From an uncultured Bacteroidota bacterium (lineage in GTDB: Bacteria > Bacteroidota > Ignavibacteria > UBA10030 > UBA8401), in assembly GCA_963827085.1 (NCBI GenBank), contig CAWGZY010000007.1:33615-97614 (forward strand): a DNA stretch of 64,000 bases, in the 5' to 3' direction. Both the position numbers and the translations under genes were made by a program. Position 1 is the stretch's first letter. Each line of letters begins with the position of its first letter. Below, piece by piece: positions 20,429 through 30,765 of the stretch. Under the pieces are notes generated by a model. That model was not told where the DNA came from, made no database searches, and saw nothing but the letters and a program-made list of their open reading frames with translations.

Positions 20429-21103
20429 ATGAAAGAACGCATCAATATTTTGATGATAGAGGACAATGATGATTTTGGCAAGCTGGTGGAATTGTACTTG
20501 TCCCAGCATCCCGATTACGTGTTCAACCTTGTTTGGAAGAAAAGCGGGGAAGACGGGCTGAAAGAGTTTGAGGCTAACTCGAATTATCATGTCATCTTGA
20601 TGGACTATAATTTGCCGGGCATGAACGGTGTCGAGGTGACGAGCGCCCTCGTTCAGCGGGGAATTACGATCCCCGTCGTTTTTATAACAGTGAACCGGGA
20701 TTTTAATCTTGCCGTCGAAACGATGAAACTCGGCGTCGAGGATTTTCTCGTCAAAGAAGAAATTTCCACGCCCGTTTTGCCGAGGACAATCGTCAGTGTC
20801 CTGGAACGGGTCAGACTGCGCCAGCAGCTTTCAGCACTCGAAATCAGCAGCCAGCGTGTCGAAGCGATCCAGGAGCTGGTGCTGGGGATAAGCCAGGATT
20901 TAGTAACACCGTTGGACTCGATGAAGAAAAACGTAGACGTGCTTTTGCAAAGCCGAATAGCCACCGACATGAAAATGTATCTTCGGATCATTAGCGAGAA
21001 CGTTGAACGGATGCAGCTGAAGCTGAGCCGGTTGAAGTCGTTAAAAGAAGACAAAACAGTGCAGTACATCAAGAATATCAGAATGATCGATATTTCAGAT
21101 TAA
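20429..21103 (+). CDS. Response regulator: receiver domain plus a C-terminal HisKA-like helix pair lacking the phospho-His
   Basis: Receiver signatures are IEDNDD, ILMDYNLPGMNG (Asp) and FLVKE (Lys). The C-terminus contains LGISQDLVTPLDSM, an H-box look-alike with Gln in place of His. Confidence 0.85.
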   Translation: MKERINILMIEDNDDFGKLVELYLSQHPDYVFNLVWKKSGEDGLKEFEANSNYHVILMDYNLPGMNGVEVTSALVQRGITIPVVFITVNRDFNLAVETMKLGVEDFLVKEEISTPVLPRTIVSVLERVRLRQQLSALEISSQRVEAIQELVLGISQDLVTPLDSMKKNVDVLLQSRIATDMKMYLRIISENVERMQLKLSRLKSLKEDKTVQYIKNIRMIDISD

Positions 21104-21115
21104 CTGAGGAAACGT

Positions 21116-21574
21116 ATGGCCTTATTTTCGACCCATCCATTGCTGACCGTCGAAGAGCGGAAAAAAATTGCAGACACAATTGCCGAGGTTGAACGAAGGA
21201 CGAACGGTGAAATTCGAGTCAGCATCCGCAAACGCCGGGCGTGGAATGAGCGGAAACTCACGCTCCATCGCTTTGCGCTGAAGAATTTCTTTGAACTCGG
21301 GATGGATAAAACTCGGCACAAGAGCGGCGTGCTCCTCTTCTTTTCGATGAGTGACCGCTCGTTTCAGATCATCGCCGATGAAGGGATACACAAAAAAGTG
21401 AGCGACGGGTATTGGGATGACCTTGCAGGGGCGATGACTGCGCATTTTAAGGAAAAAAGGTTTTGCGACGGCATCTGCGAAGTTGTCAAAGAAATTGGAA
21501 AGAAACTTGAACAGGAATTTCCTCGCACCACAAACGATGCCGACGAACTGCCGAACGACGTTTCAATAAAATAA
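21116..21574 (+). CDS. TPM-domain protein (soluble)
   Basis: 152 aa. The GEIRV..., SGVLLFFSMSDRSFQIIADEGI and YWDDL pattern is typical of TPM/phosphatase-like domains. Confidence 0.8.
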   Translation: MALFSTHPLLTVEERKKIADTIAEVERRTNGEIRVSIRKRRAWNERKLTLHRFALKNFFELGMDKTRHKSGVLLFFSMSDRSFQIIADEGIHKKVSDGYWDDLAGAMTAHFKEKRFCDGICEVVKEIGKKLEQEFPRTTNDADELPNDVSIK

Positions 21575-21597
21575 CAGTGCCAGCAAAGAACGATCTC

Positions 21598-22455
21598 ATG
21601 AGAATGAAAGTAGCCGTAGCGCAGATCGATGCCGCAGTCGGCAATGTCGAGAAAAATATCGAGCGCCACATTGCTTCCATAAGGAAAGCGGTTGCAAAGA
21701 AGGCGAGCGTGATCGTGTTCCCGGAGCTGAGCCTCACCGGTTATTCTGTGAGAGATTTGAACTGGGATGTAGCAATCAATATTGCCGAGCCCGCCGTGTT
21801 GAGCAAACTCTTAAAGCTCAGCAAATCTATCACGATCATCGCCGGCGGAGTTGAAGAACGAGAAAACTTCGGCCTCTATAATTCCGCGTTCGTGCTGGAG
21901 GATGGGAAGTTATATTCCGGCCATCGAAAGATTTACCCGCCGACCTATGGTATGTTTGAAGAAATGCGTTACTTCAGCCAGGGGAATGACGTGCGGAACT
22001 TCACGTCGAAACACGGCAAGCTCGGGATTCTGATCTGCGAAGATTTATGGCATCTTTCTCTTCCGTACATCCTGGCGAGCGACGGAGCGGATGTACTTAT
22101 CACCATAGCCGCCAGTCCCACCCGAATCTCTGGATCATCAGAGAATCTTCCATCGGCCACGATCAACAGCGAACATCATAAGGCATACGCTCGTTTGCTC
22201 AGCTCATACGTCGTTTTCTGTAATAGAGTAGGGATAGAAGACGGCGTGAATTTTTGGGGAGGCTCCGAGGTTGTCGATCCGTCGGGCGAAATCATTGCAT
22301 CGGCGAAATTGTTCGATGAGGATTTGATCTATGCGGACATTCATGAAGACGCCGTGCGGCGCGCGCGGCGGTTGTCAAGGCACTTTGTTGATGAGTCGAT
22401 TGATTTTACGATTGATCAATTGCAGCGGGTGCGCGACAGCAGGAAACGAGACTGA
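21598..22455 (+). CDS. Carbon-nitrogen hydrolase family protein (nitrilase-related amidohydrolase)
   Basis: VAVAQID..., VFPELSLTGY (Glu), HRKIYPP (Lys), ILICEDLWH (Cys). Resembles the glutaminase domain of NAD synthetase. A GTG at 21577 is an alternative start. Confidence 0.85.
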   Translation: MRMKVAVAQIDAAVGNVEKNIERHIASIRKAVAKKASVIVFPELSLTGYSVRDLNWDVAINIAEPAVLSKLLKLSKSITIIAGGVEERENFGLYNSAFVLEDGKLYSGHRKIYPPTYGMFEEMRYFSQGNDVRNFTSKHGKLGILICEDLWHLSLPYILASDGADVLITIAASPTRISGSSENLPSATINSEHHKAYARLLSSYVVFCNRVGIEDGVNFWGGSEVVDPSGEIIASAKLFDEDLIYADIHEDAVRRARRLSRHFVDESIDFTIDQLQRVRDSRKRD

Positions 22456-22524
22456 ACTGCCGGTTGAAAATGCCCCCAGGTTTTGCTAAATTTAATTGTA
22501 CTGCTCTTTAAGGAATTGCGCGGC

Positions 22525-23379
22525 ATGAACACGATGAAAACTGTTTTTCTGATGACGCTGATGATGCTGCTCTTGCTGCTCATCGGCGAGGCGTTTGGAG
22601 GAGGGCAAGGTTTGGTCATGGCCTTCATCTTTTCGCTGCTTATGAACTTCGGAATGTACTGGTTTTCTGATAAAGTGGTGCTGATGATGTACCATGCACG
22701 GGAAGTTACTGAAATGGAAGAGCCGCGCCTGGTTCAAACGGTGCGGAAACTTGCAACCCAGGCCCAGCTTCCGATGCTGAGGGTGTTTATCATTCCGAAT
22801 GAAACTGCAAACGCATTCGCAACGGGCCGTAACCCGGATCATGCCGCAATTGCCGTGACCTCGGGAATATTAAAAATACTGACCGATGACGAACTCGAGG
22901 GAGTGCTCTCGCATGAGTTAGCGCACGTCAAACATCGGGATATCCTCACGGGAACGATCGTTGCGGCGATGGTAGGAACAATAACATTTATTGCGCGAAT
23001 GGCAGGGTGGGCGATGATGTTTTCCGGGGGACGGCGCAGCGAGAGGGATTCAGGAAACGGGTTATCGGAACTGCTGCTCCTCATTCTTGCGCCAATAGCC
23101 GCAGTTTTGCTTCAACTGGCGATTTCGCGGTCGAGGGAATTTGCTGCCGACGCGGGCGGATCGGCAATCAGCGGAAAACCGCTCAGTTTGGCGAACGCAT
23201 TAAAAAAACTGGAACAGAATTCTGAGCGTGTACCGATGGAAAATGCCGGTCCGGCAACGGCGCACATGTTCATTGTGAACCCGCTGCGCAGCGGAGGAAT
23301 TATGAAGCTCTTCTCTACCCATCCACCTGTCGAAGATCGAATCGCGCGTTTAGAACAAATTGCTATGCACGGAAGTTGA
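22525..23379 (+). CDS. htpX: Zinc metalloprotease HtpX (peptidase M48)
   Basis: HELAHVKHRD zinc motif, 4 TM segments, C-terminal STHPP.EDRI. Confidence 0.9.
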   Translation: MNTMKTVFLMTLMMLLLLLIGEAFGGGQGLVMAFIFSLLMNFGMYWFSDKVVLMMYHAREVTEMEEPRLVQTVRKLATQAQLPMLRVFIIPNETANAFATGRNPDHAAIAVTSGILKILTDDELEGVLSHELAHVKHRDILTGTIVAAMVGTITFIARMAGWAMMFSGGRRSERDSGNGLSELLLLILAPIAAVLLQLAISRSREFAADAGGSAISGKPLSLANALKKLEQNSERVPMENAGPATAHMFIVNPLRSGGIMKLFSTHPPVEDRIARLEQIAMHGS

Positions 23380-23400
23380 GCATTGAATAAAGGAGAGAGC

Positions 23401-24693
23401 ATGGAGTCCACCGAAAATCTTAACTACAAAGAACCCGCACCGATTACGGATAAGGAAAATCCGTTCGAATCAATGATGGAGCGGTTCGACGTGGCGGCCG
23501 AACTTCTCGGATTAGAAAGAGGAGTCTACGAGTATCTTAAAACACCCGTAAAACAGATCGTCGTTTCTATTCCTATCCAGATGGATAACGGCGAGATTGA
23601 AGTATTCGAAGGATACCGCGTTATTCACAACGATATTCTCGGCCCTTCAAAAGGCGGCCTCCGGTTTGCCCCCGATGTCAATCTCAATGAGGTCAAAGCC
23701 CTCGCCGCATGGATGACATGGAAGTGTTCTGTCGTGAATATACCTTTTGGCGGTGCGAAGGGAGGCGTTCGATGCGACCCATCGAAGCTGACTCTTGTCG
23801 AGCTCGAAAAGGTGACCCGCCGGTATACGGCGAATATGCTCGATATTTTCGGAGAAGACAAAGATATTCCTGCGCCGGATATGGGAACGAACGAACAAAT
23901 CATGGCATGGATCATGGACACGTACAGCATGCATATGAAGCGGACTGCGACGGGCGTGGTCACTGGAAAGCCCCTCATTATTGGAGGCTCGCTGGGCAGA
24001 CGTGAAGCGACGGGCCGCGGTGTCATGATGGTGACTATTGGCGCGATGGAAAAAATAAAATTGAAACCGAAAGAGACGACCGTTGTGGTGCAGGGGTTTG
24101 GCAATGTCGGCTCCGTGTCGGCACAGCTTCTTCAGCAGCAAGGATGTAAGATCGTCGGGCTCGGCGACGTTACCGGCGGGTACCATAACAGAAGGGGAAT
24201 CGACGTCGAGAAGGCGATTGAATGGATGAAAACGCACAAAGTGCTGAACGGATTCCCCAATGCGGAAAAGATTACACAATCGGAATTATTGGAGCTTGAA
24301 TGTGATGTGCTGGTTCCTGCTGCGAAAGAAGATCAGATTACTGCCCGGAATGCTCCAAAAATAAAAGCGAAAATTATTGCCGAAGGTGCAAACGGTCCCA
24401 CGACCGCCAAAGCAGACCCAATCCTGAAAGACAAAGGAATCATCGTCATTCCCGATATTCTTGCGAACGCAGGCGGGGTCACGGTATCGTATTTCGAATG
24501 GGTTCAGGATCGCGTCGGTTATTTCTGGTCGATTGAACGCGTGAATCGCAGGTTGGAGAGGATGATGACGGCGGCGTTCCATTCAGTCTACGAGACGGCG
24601 GAGCACTATAAAGTTTCGTTGCGCATCGGCGCATACATTCTGGCAATCGACAAAGTCGCCAAAACATTAAAGGTCCGTGGAATTTACGCGTGA
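23401..24693 (+). CDS. gdhA: Glutamate dehydrogenase (Glu/Leu/Phe/Val dehydrogenase family)
   Basis: Catalytic region PFGGAKGG and Rossmann VVQGFGNVGS. ATG at 23401 is preceded by AAAGGAGAG. Confidence 0.95.
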   Translation: MESTENLNYKEPAPITDKENPFESMMERFDVAAELLGLERGVYEYLKTPVKQIVVSIPIQMDNGEIEVFEGYRVIHNDILGPSKGGLRFAPDVNLNEVKALAAWMTWKCSVVNIPFGGAKGGVRCDPSKLTLVELEKVTRRYTANMLDIFGEDKDIPAPDMGTNEQIMAWIMDTYSMHMKRTATGVVTGKPLIIGGSLGRREATGRGVMMVTIGAMEKIKLKPKETTVVVQGFGNVGSVSAQLLQQQGCKIVGLGDVTGGYHNRRGIDVEKAIEWMKTHKVLNGFPNAEKITQSELLELECDVLVPAAKEDQITARNAPKIKAKIIAEGANGPTTAKADPILKDKGIIVIPDILANAGGVTVSYFEWVQDRVGYFWSIERVNRRLERMMTAAFHSVYETAEHYKVSLRIGAYILAIDKVAKTLKVRGIYA

Positions 24694-25319
24694 GCGCACA
24701 ATCGCAGTTTGTCCATGTACTATTCATTACCCTTCTCGTCTCAGGAACACCGGAGCTTCTTCGGGCTGGCGGGAATCCGAGGTCTAACGAAGAAATAATG
24801 GTTGATTTGTCGCGCGAGGCGGTGGATATTTTTTGTGCAGATTTGAAAATCTCCGATACGACGTCAATCGCCCTGATCATGGAAAACGGTGAGGTCAACC
24901 GTTTTTTCAATCAGCCGGTGCTTGAATCATTTCGTCAGCATTTTGTTTCGCTCTATGCCCGCAGCGGTGCCTCAAGCGTGGATATCCTCGGTTCTGTCTC
25001 AGAAGTCGGCGTAATGTACGGCGAGCCCTTCTCGGAGGGAGTTTTCTCGGCCCGAAAGAGCGAACGAACGGTTGAGATTGCGCTGCGGTTTGCGGCAACG
25101 CGCAGTGCTGACGGGAAGATCCTTTGCGCTGGAACAGAGAAGCGGTCATTTTCGGATACCGTGTATGTTGATGAAATTCCGAAATTGCAGGAATCCAGCA
25201 AACATATTGCGAGCAGCCCGTTACCGGACCGTTCAGCGTTGGAACGGTTCATCGAGCCGCTTATTATTGTGGGGGCGGCGGGCGTTGCAGTGTATTTATT
25301 TTTCACAATCAGAAGTTAG
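24690..25319 (+). CDS. Hypothetical protein with an N-terminal signal/anchor and a C-terminal TM anchor
   Basis: 209-aa ORF whose GTG start overlaps the gdhA stop (GTGA). Hydrophobic at both termini. No recognisable motif. Confidence 0.5.
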   Translation: MSAQSQFVHVLFITLLVSGTPELLRAGGNPRSNEEIMVDLSREAVDIFCADLKISDTTSIALIMENGEVNRFFNQPVLESFRQHFVSLYARSGASSVDILGSVSEVGVMYGEPFSEGVFSARKSERTVEIALRFAATRSADGKILCAGTEKRSFSDTVYVDEIPKLQESSKHIASSPLPDRSALERFIEPLIIVGAAGVAVYLFFTIRS

Positions 25320-25322
25320 GCC

Positions 25323-26402
25323 GTGCCGCCGGTAGGAGGTCGTGTTAGAATATTTATTGTCTGGACGGGTTGGTGTGCAGTTCTTGTTTTTTGTTTTGTT
25401 GTTGTGCCCCCGTATCTGGGAATGCGCAGCAGCGTGAAGAAGGCAGAGACGCCGGTTCACCGTAGTGTAACGGTCCTGGCGTTTGGGGATGTTAATCTCG
25501 GACGGATGGTCGGCCAAAAAATCCTGAACGGAGAAGTTGATTTTCCGTTTCAAAAAATCTCTTTCCGGAATGACTCAGCCGATATCATCTTTGGAAACCT
25601 CGAAAGCCAGCTTTCAAACCAGAAGGGTGTTACGCAGGACCCGGTTCACAATTTGATTTTCACCGGTCCGCCAAATGGTGCCCAGTCGCTTGTGAAATTC
25701 GGGTTCACACTAGTTTCGACTGCGAATAATCATGCGTTTGATTATGGAAAACGCGCTCTGCTCGAAACGCTGGACCATCTGGACGATGAAAATATTGGGC
25801 ACATTGGCTCAGTGAGATCGGCACAGACGCTCTACGAACCGCTGATGTTTGAGAAAAACGGAATTCGATTCGCGTTCTTTGCGGTAACTGATCTGATGAA
25901 TTTTAAGCATGGCTGGCATGATTTTGTCGCAACGACTGATACGAGCAAATTGTTTCCGGCCATTCGAGAAGCCGCGGCTTCCGTCGACGTGGTCATCCTG
26001 AGTGTCCATGGCGGCGATGAGTATAGCGATCGGCCGGCAAAGCGGCTGGCGGTATTCGAAGAACAGGCTGTTGTGGAGGGGGTCAAAATCGTTCTCGGCC
26101 ATCACCCGCATGTGCCGTACGGAATAGAGCGCTTCGGAGCCGGTTATATATTTCATTCGCTCGGTAATTTTGTTTTTTATCAGCCCCAGTTGTTTTGGAC
26201 CCAGCTGAGCTTTGCGGCGAGAATAACGCTGGTAAAGAATGCCGGTGCAACAACAGTGACGTCGATAGAGTGTATTCCAATCCAGGCAGGGTATCAACCG
26301 ACGGTGTTGTCCGATTCGAGCGAGCTGTGCCAATTGAGGGCACGAGTACAGGCATTATCAAATATTCCAATTACTTTGACAGGCAGAGGCATCATCAATT
26401 GA
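25323..26402 (+). CDS. CapA-family (PGA_cap) metallophosphatase-like protein
   Basis: FGDVNLGR, STANNHAFDYG, LSVHGGDEY and GHHPHV motifs of the CapA/YwtB family. N-terminal TM segment. Confidence 0.8.
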   Translation: MPPVGGRVRIFIVWTGWCAVLVFCFVVVPPYLGMRSSVKKAETPVHRSVTVLAFGDVNLGRMVGQKILNGEVDFPFQKISFRNDSADIIFGNLESQLSNQKGVTQDPVHNLIFTGPPNGAQSLVKFGFTLVSTANNHAFDYGKRALLETLDHLDDENIGHIGSVRSAQTLYEPLMFEKNGIRFAFFAVTDLMNFKHGWHDFVATTDTSKLFPAIREAAASVDVVILSVHGGDEYSDRPAKRLAVFEEQAVVEGVKIVLGHHPHVPYGIERFGAGYIFHSLGNFVFYQPQLFWTQLSFAARITLVKNAGATTVTSIECIPIQAGYQPTVLSDSSELCQLRARVQALSNIPITLTGRGIIN

Positions 26403-27214
26403 ACAAATCATTTGCAATTGCAGCAGTGAGTTATGTATTAATGCTTGGATTTTTCGGCTGTGGTTCGAGTAAAGAAACAGAATCACTTCCTGTCGAGGAG
26501 CGTTTCGCCGCCGCCATGACGAAATTTATCCGTGAGAACTATCTGGAAGCGGCGGAAGATTTCAAGACGGTGACCGTCCAATATCCGGGGAGTGCATTTG
26601 CCGACAGCGCCCAGTTCTTTATTGGGGAGTGCCGGTATCGCAGGGAGGAATTCATTCTGGCCGGTTCTGAGTACGACCTCCTCGTCCGGACAATGCCGTC
26701 GAGTCCGCTCGTCATAAAGGCGCGGTACATGAAGGCGATGTCAAATTACGAGCTTTCACCAAAATCGGAACTCGACCAAAAGTTCACCAAGGAGGCTATC
26801 GACGATTTTCAAGCGTTCATTGAGTACTATCCGACCGATTCTCTGGCTAAAGTTGCGGAGGCAAAAATCGTTGAGCTGAATAATAAATTGGCCAAGAAAG
26901 AATACGATAACGGGAAGTTGTACCTCCGGCTTGAGTACTACAGATCGGCGATTGCATACTTTGACATTGTTCTGGACCGGTATCATGACAGCGATTATGC
27001 GGATGATGCTTTGCTGGGCAAGGCGACGGCGTTGAGGGAACGTCACGATTACACCGCCGCCTTGGATGCCGTCAATCTTTTTTTTCAGAAATATCCGTCG
27101 AGCGGTTTGAAAAAAGATGCCGAGACGTTGAAATCAAATATCGAAGAGGATCTTGCCGCTCCCAAGCCGGTTCGTAAAAAATCCGTTGGACTCTCAACAA
27201 ACGCAGGCCAATGA
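26399..27214 (+). CDS. bamD: Outer-membrane assembly lipoprotein BamD/YfiO (TPR)
   Basis: TTG start overlapping the CapA stop gives LNKSFAIAAVSYVLMLGFFGC (lipoprotein-like signal). TPR-like repeats with FFIGECRY..., AIDDFQAFIEYYP and DYADDALL, typical of BamD. Confidence 0.8.
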   Translation: MNKSFAIAAVSYVLMLGFFGCGSSKETESLPVEERFAAAMTKFIRENYLEAAEDFKTVTVQYPGSAFADSAQFFIGECRYRREEFILAGSEYDLLVRTMPSSPLVIKARYMKAMSNYELSPKSELDQKFTKEAIDDFQAFIEYYPTDSLAKVAEAKIVELNNKLAKKEYDNGKLYLRLEYYRSAIAYFDIVLDRYHDSDYADDALLGKATALRERHDYTAALDAVNLFFQKYPSSGLKKDAETLKSNIEEDLAAPKPVRKKSVGLSTNAGQ

Positions 27215-27696
27215 CAGAAGAATCGTATTCGGTCAAACATTCGCAAGTGGAAATGACGCAACTGGTACTGCCGAATGATACCAACCAGCTCGGCAATCTC
27301 CTTGGTGGGCAGTTGATGCACTGGATTGACCTGGCAGCGGCCATTGCAGCTTCCCGGCATTCCAGGCGGGTATGTGTGACCGCATCGGTGGATGAATTGA
27401 ACTTTATTCATCCGATCAAACAGGGTGAGGTTGTTATTTTGCGCGCCTCGGTCAACTGCGTTTTTCGGACTTCGATGGAAGTTGGCGTGACGGTGTTGTG
27501 CGAAAATTTGCTCACCGGCAACGTGCTGCATGCAAATACTGCTTATCTGACGTTTGTTTCAATTGATGAAAACGGCGCGCCGGTAGCCTCTCCGCGCTTA
27601 CGCCCGGAAAATGATGACGAAAAACGGCGGTACGCTGATGCCATGCGGCGGCGTGAAGAACGGCTTCGGCGGCGTTCGAAGCACATTGATGAGTAG
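27211..27696 (+). CDS. Acyl-CoA thioesterase (hotdog fold, YciA/BFIT-like)
   Basis: 161 aa. P.DTN..GNL.GG.LM.WID motif. ATGA overlap with bamD. Confidence 0.85.
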   Translation: MTEESYSVKHSQVEMTQLVLPNDTNQLGNLLGGQLMHWIDLAAAIAASRHSRRVCVTASVDELNFIHPIKQGEVVILRASVNCVFRTSMEVGVTVLCENLLTGNVLHANTAYLTFVSIDENGAPVASPRLRPENDDEKRRYADAMRRREERLRRRSKHIDE

Positions 27697-27724
27697 ACTC
27701 TCCGTAGGTATCTCCGGCGGTGCA

Positions 27725-29974
27725 ATGAACTTTTCCTTTTTTTCAACGCTCTCTGTCAGAAAATCTTTCGTCGGGATTCTTTTTCTGGCTGCCATTCATG
27801 TTGTTCCTGCCTTTGCTCAGCAAAAAAATGCTGCTACTCTGGGCATGGTGACAACTGCGGTTCTGCCGTTCACTCCGTCGCTCGCCACGCTCGTTCGATT
27901 CAACGCTGATCCTCTTCCTGATATCTTATGCTACGACCAAGCAGCGCAGCAGCTTGTTGTTGTCATCAACAAAGGAGACGGTACATCGTTTGAATGTAAA
28001 ACGATCGGGTCTGCCACGGATGTGACATTTCTTGCGGCAAAAGATTTAAACAACGACGGCAAAGATGACATCGTCATTGTTCATCGGGCGACGAGCCAGG
28101 TGGAAGTGTGGTTAAGCACGCCGGACGATACAGTGTTTACTATCGCCAAGTACAGCGTAAATTTTTATCCGGAGAAAGTCCTGCTCGCAGATATCAATAA
28201 CGACAGCACAACAGACATCTTGTGCTTCGGGAAGTTATCGTCCGGCATTTCAGTTCTCCTCGGCAACAAGGATGGCACATTCAATGAAAAAAAGCTTATC
28301 CTTCCCGAGATTCCCGTCGTCGATGCTTCGGTTGTAAAACTCAACGACGACGATTTCCCCGATCTTGTCATTCATAATTGGTTGACGAATGAGATGGTCT
28401 TCTACTATGGAATGGGCGAACTACAGTTTGCCGAGCAAAATATTTTGTCGTTCGGGCAGGATACCGTCGCAGTCGTCTTTGGGGATTTCAACAAGGACCA
28501 TATTCTGGATTATGCGATCGCTTCATCTGCAACGAAGACGCTCCGATTATTTGCCGGGGACGGGATGGCGTCGTACTTTCAATACCAAAGCCTGGATTAT
28601 AACCATTCAATCGGCGAATTGGTATCGGCATCGATATCGTCGCACACGTCCAGCGATATCGTCGCAGTCGACGACAACGGGGGGACATTCAGCGTTTTCT
28701 CAAATCAAGGAGACGGAATGTTTTATGACGATGTGGTGTTTGGCTGCACGTCAAATGCCCGAACGACGCTCATCGGGGACTTTGATAATGACGGATGGAA
28801 CGATGTACTTGTTGTCGATTCGGGCGACAGCACGATGACATTTTACTGGAATGCAAAGAAGAAGCCATCAGGGTTGAAGGACGATTTCACTCAGAGAGCG
28901 GAGGTTTCATTCGCTGTGGGGAAAAAACCTCTCGGCCTTGTTGTCGGCGATTTCAACGACGATGGGTATGACGACGTTGCGGTAGTGGACAATGCTTCGT
29001 CGACGCTTTCCCTGTTCTATAGTTCGCCCCTCAACCGAATGACGGGGCAAATCGGGATTCCAACCGTGGAAAATCCTACATCGATTCGCCTGTATTCCAA
29101 AAACGATACCTCTCTTACGTTCCTTCTGACTCATGAGTCAATTGCCAAGGTGTCGGTGCTTACTCTCTCTCAATCAAAACAAACAGCGGTTCAAAAAGCA
29201 ACATTTCCCTACACGTATGCCATTTCTACTGCGGAAAATCCCAGAGTATTACTTCCCGATGCTGCTCTGCAAAACAAGGCGATTGAGTTCTATATCTATT
29301 CAAGCTCGAAGCAACGCTCTCTCTCATATTTCAAACAAGTCTCTGGGACGAAATTTGTCGAACGCAATATTAAGCCGATAATCCCGGCGCGCATTCTGGA
29401 GGGATCCGTCAACGATTTTAACGATGACGGCCTTCCGGATTTGGCGTATATTTATTTTGATGCCGAGACGCTTCACTATAATCTTGGGATAACCTTTAGT
29501 GATTCATCGGGCCAGTACCGAGGCAAAACGTTATCGTACGTTTTTCCCGATTCCGCGATGAAAAAATGTACCATGATGTTTGCCGATGTCAACGGAGACA
29601 ATATTCCGGACTGTATACTTTATTCGACTCCTCTGAATGCTATACGGATTGCTCTGGGAAAAGGGGGAGGACGTTACGGCGAATTCATTTCAATCGCAGA
29701 GAACATCGAAGTAACCAATCCCGAACATATCCAGGTGGTTGATTTCGACGGCGATGGAATCAACGACATCATAGTTTTGGATGATAAAACCTCGGAACTC
29801 CTTTTTTTTAAAGGAAAGGGAAACGGCAAGTTTTTGCCCGGAACACTTCTCTTGTATCTTCCAAAAGACGCAATGTTTAGGTTCGGAGACTTTAACAGAG
29901 ACGGAACTCTCGATATTGTTTATACCAATCCCGCTGAGAATCTGGTAACATTTTATTTTGTCAATCGAAAGTAA
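27725..29974 (+). CDS. Secreted FG-GAP/VCBS-repeat protein
   Basis: Signal peptide MNFSFFSTLSVRKSFVGILFLAAIHVVPAFA/QQ, then many D.N.DG..D(I/V)(V/I) Ca-binding-type repeats (DLNNDGKDDIV, DFDNDGWNDVLV, DFNDDGYDDVAV, DFDGDGINDIIV). Confidence 0.8.
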   Translation: MNFSFFSTLSVRKSFVGILFLAAIHVVPAFAQQKNAATLGMVTTAVLPFTPSLATLVRFNADPLPDILCYDQAAQQLVVVINKGDGTSFECKTIGSATDVTFLAAKDLNNDGKDDIVIVHRATSQVEVWLSTPDDTVFTIAKYSVNFYPEKVLLADINNDSTTDILCFGKLSSGISVLLGNKDGTFNEKKLILPEIPVVDASVVKLNDDDFPDLVIHNWLTNEMVFYYGMGELQFAEQNILSFGQDTVAVVFGDFNKDHILDYAIASSATKTLRLFAGDGMASYFQYQSLDYNHSIGELVSASISSHTSSDIVAVDDNGGTFSVFSNQGDGMFYDDVVFGCTSNARTTLIGDFDNDGWNDVLVVDSGDSTMTFYWNAKKKPSGLKDDFTQRAEVSFAVGKKPLGLVVGDFNDDGYDDVAVVDNASSTLSLFYSSPLNRMTGQIGIPTVENPTSIRLYSKNDTSLTFLLTHESIAKVSVLTLSQSKQTAVQKATFPYTYAISTAENPRVLLPDAALQNKAIEFYIYSSSKQRSLSYFKQVSGTKFVERNIKPIIPARILEGSVNDFNDDGLPDLAYIYFDAETLHYNLGITFSDSSGQYRGKTLSYVFPDSAMKKCTMMFADVNGDNIPDCILYSTPLNAIRIALGKGGGRYGEFISIAENIEVTNPEHIQVVDFDGDGINDIIVLDDKTSELLFFKGKGNGKFLPGTLLLYLPKDAMFRFGDFNRDGTLDIVYTNPAENLVTFYFVNRK

Positions 29975-30046
29975 AGCCTTGGAACATCATCGCTTAAAAA
30001 TTGAAAACGGCGTCATCAGCATTCTTGGCACTGGCGCAGCCGCCCA

Positions 30047-30682
30047 ATGAAAAAAATTTCATTATCCGTAGAGTCTCTTTCCAAGGTTTTCAACCGGCGA
30101 GTCATTTTTGAGAACATTGCTTTCTCGCTGAGGGAGAAGGAGTCAATGGCAATCACGGGGAAGAATGGATCGGGAAAGTCAACGCTTGCAAAAATATTGT
30201 GCGGACTTCTTTCTCCGAGTACAGGACGCATTCTATGTTCGATTGACGGAACGATGATAGACCCGGCAACGATGTATCAGCATGTCGGGTTTGTTTCGCC
30301 GTACATCACGATGTATGAAGAATTTTCCGGATTGGAAAACCTCACGGTATTTAGCCGCATTAGAAACTTGCGTAATGGTTCGACAGAAGATCCCGAAAAG
30401 TTATTGAAGACATTCGGCATTTATGAACGCCGCAATGACGAAGTGCGTACATACTCCTCAGGTATGAAACAGCGGCTCAAGTACGCCGCAGCTTTGCTCC
30501 ATCATCCCGAGATTCTTGTCCTCGATGAACCTACCGCAAACCTTGATGAGGAGGGAATTGGCGCGGTGCGCCGCACCATGCAGGCTCAAACTGAAAGCGG
30601 CATACTTATTATTGCCACCAACGATAAGGAAGATCTAGAATTCGCCACGAGCTGTATCGATCTGGATCGGAAAGTCATGTGA
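30047..30682 (+). CDS. ccmA: Heme exporter ATP-binding protein CcmA
   Basis: Walker A GKNGSGKST, signature YSSGMKQRL, Walker B ILVLDEP. Sits upstream of ccmBC. Confidence 0.85.
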   Translation: MKKISLSVESLSKVFNRRVIFENIAFSLREKESMAITGKNGSGKSTLAKILCGLLSPSTGRILCSIDGTMIDPATMYQHVGFVSPYITMYEEFSGLENLTVFSRIRNLRNGSTEDPEKLLKTFGIYERRNDEVRTYSSGMKQRLKYAAALLHHPEILVLDEPTANLDEEGIGAVRRTMQAQTESGILIIATNDKEDLEFATSCIDLDRKVM

Positions 30683-30765
30683 TACTATGACTTTCTCTTT
30701 GAAACCCTAAAGAATTGAGTGATAGTGCTACGGTGCTTGCCGACCAGCATCGGTCATGGCATCAC

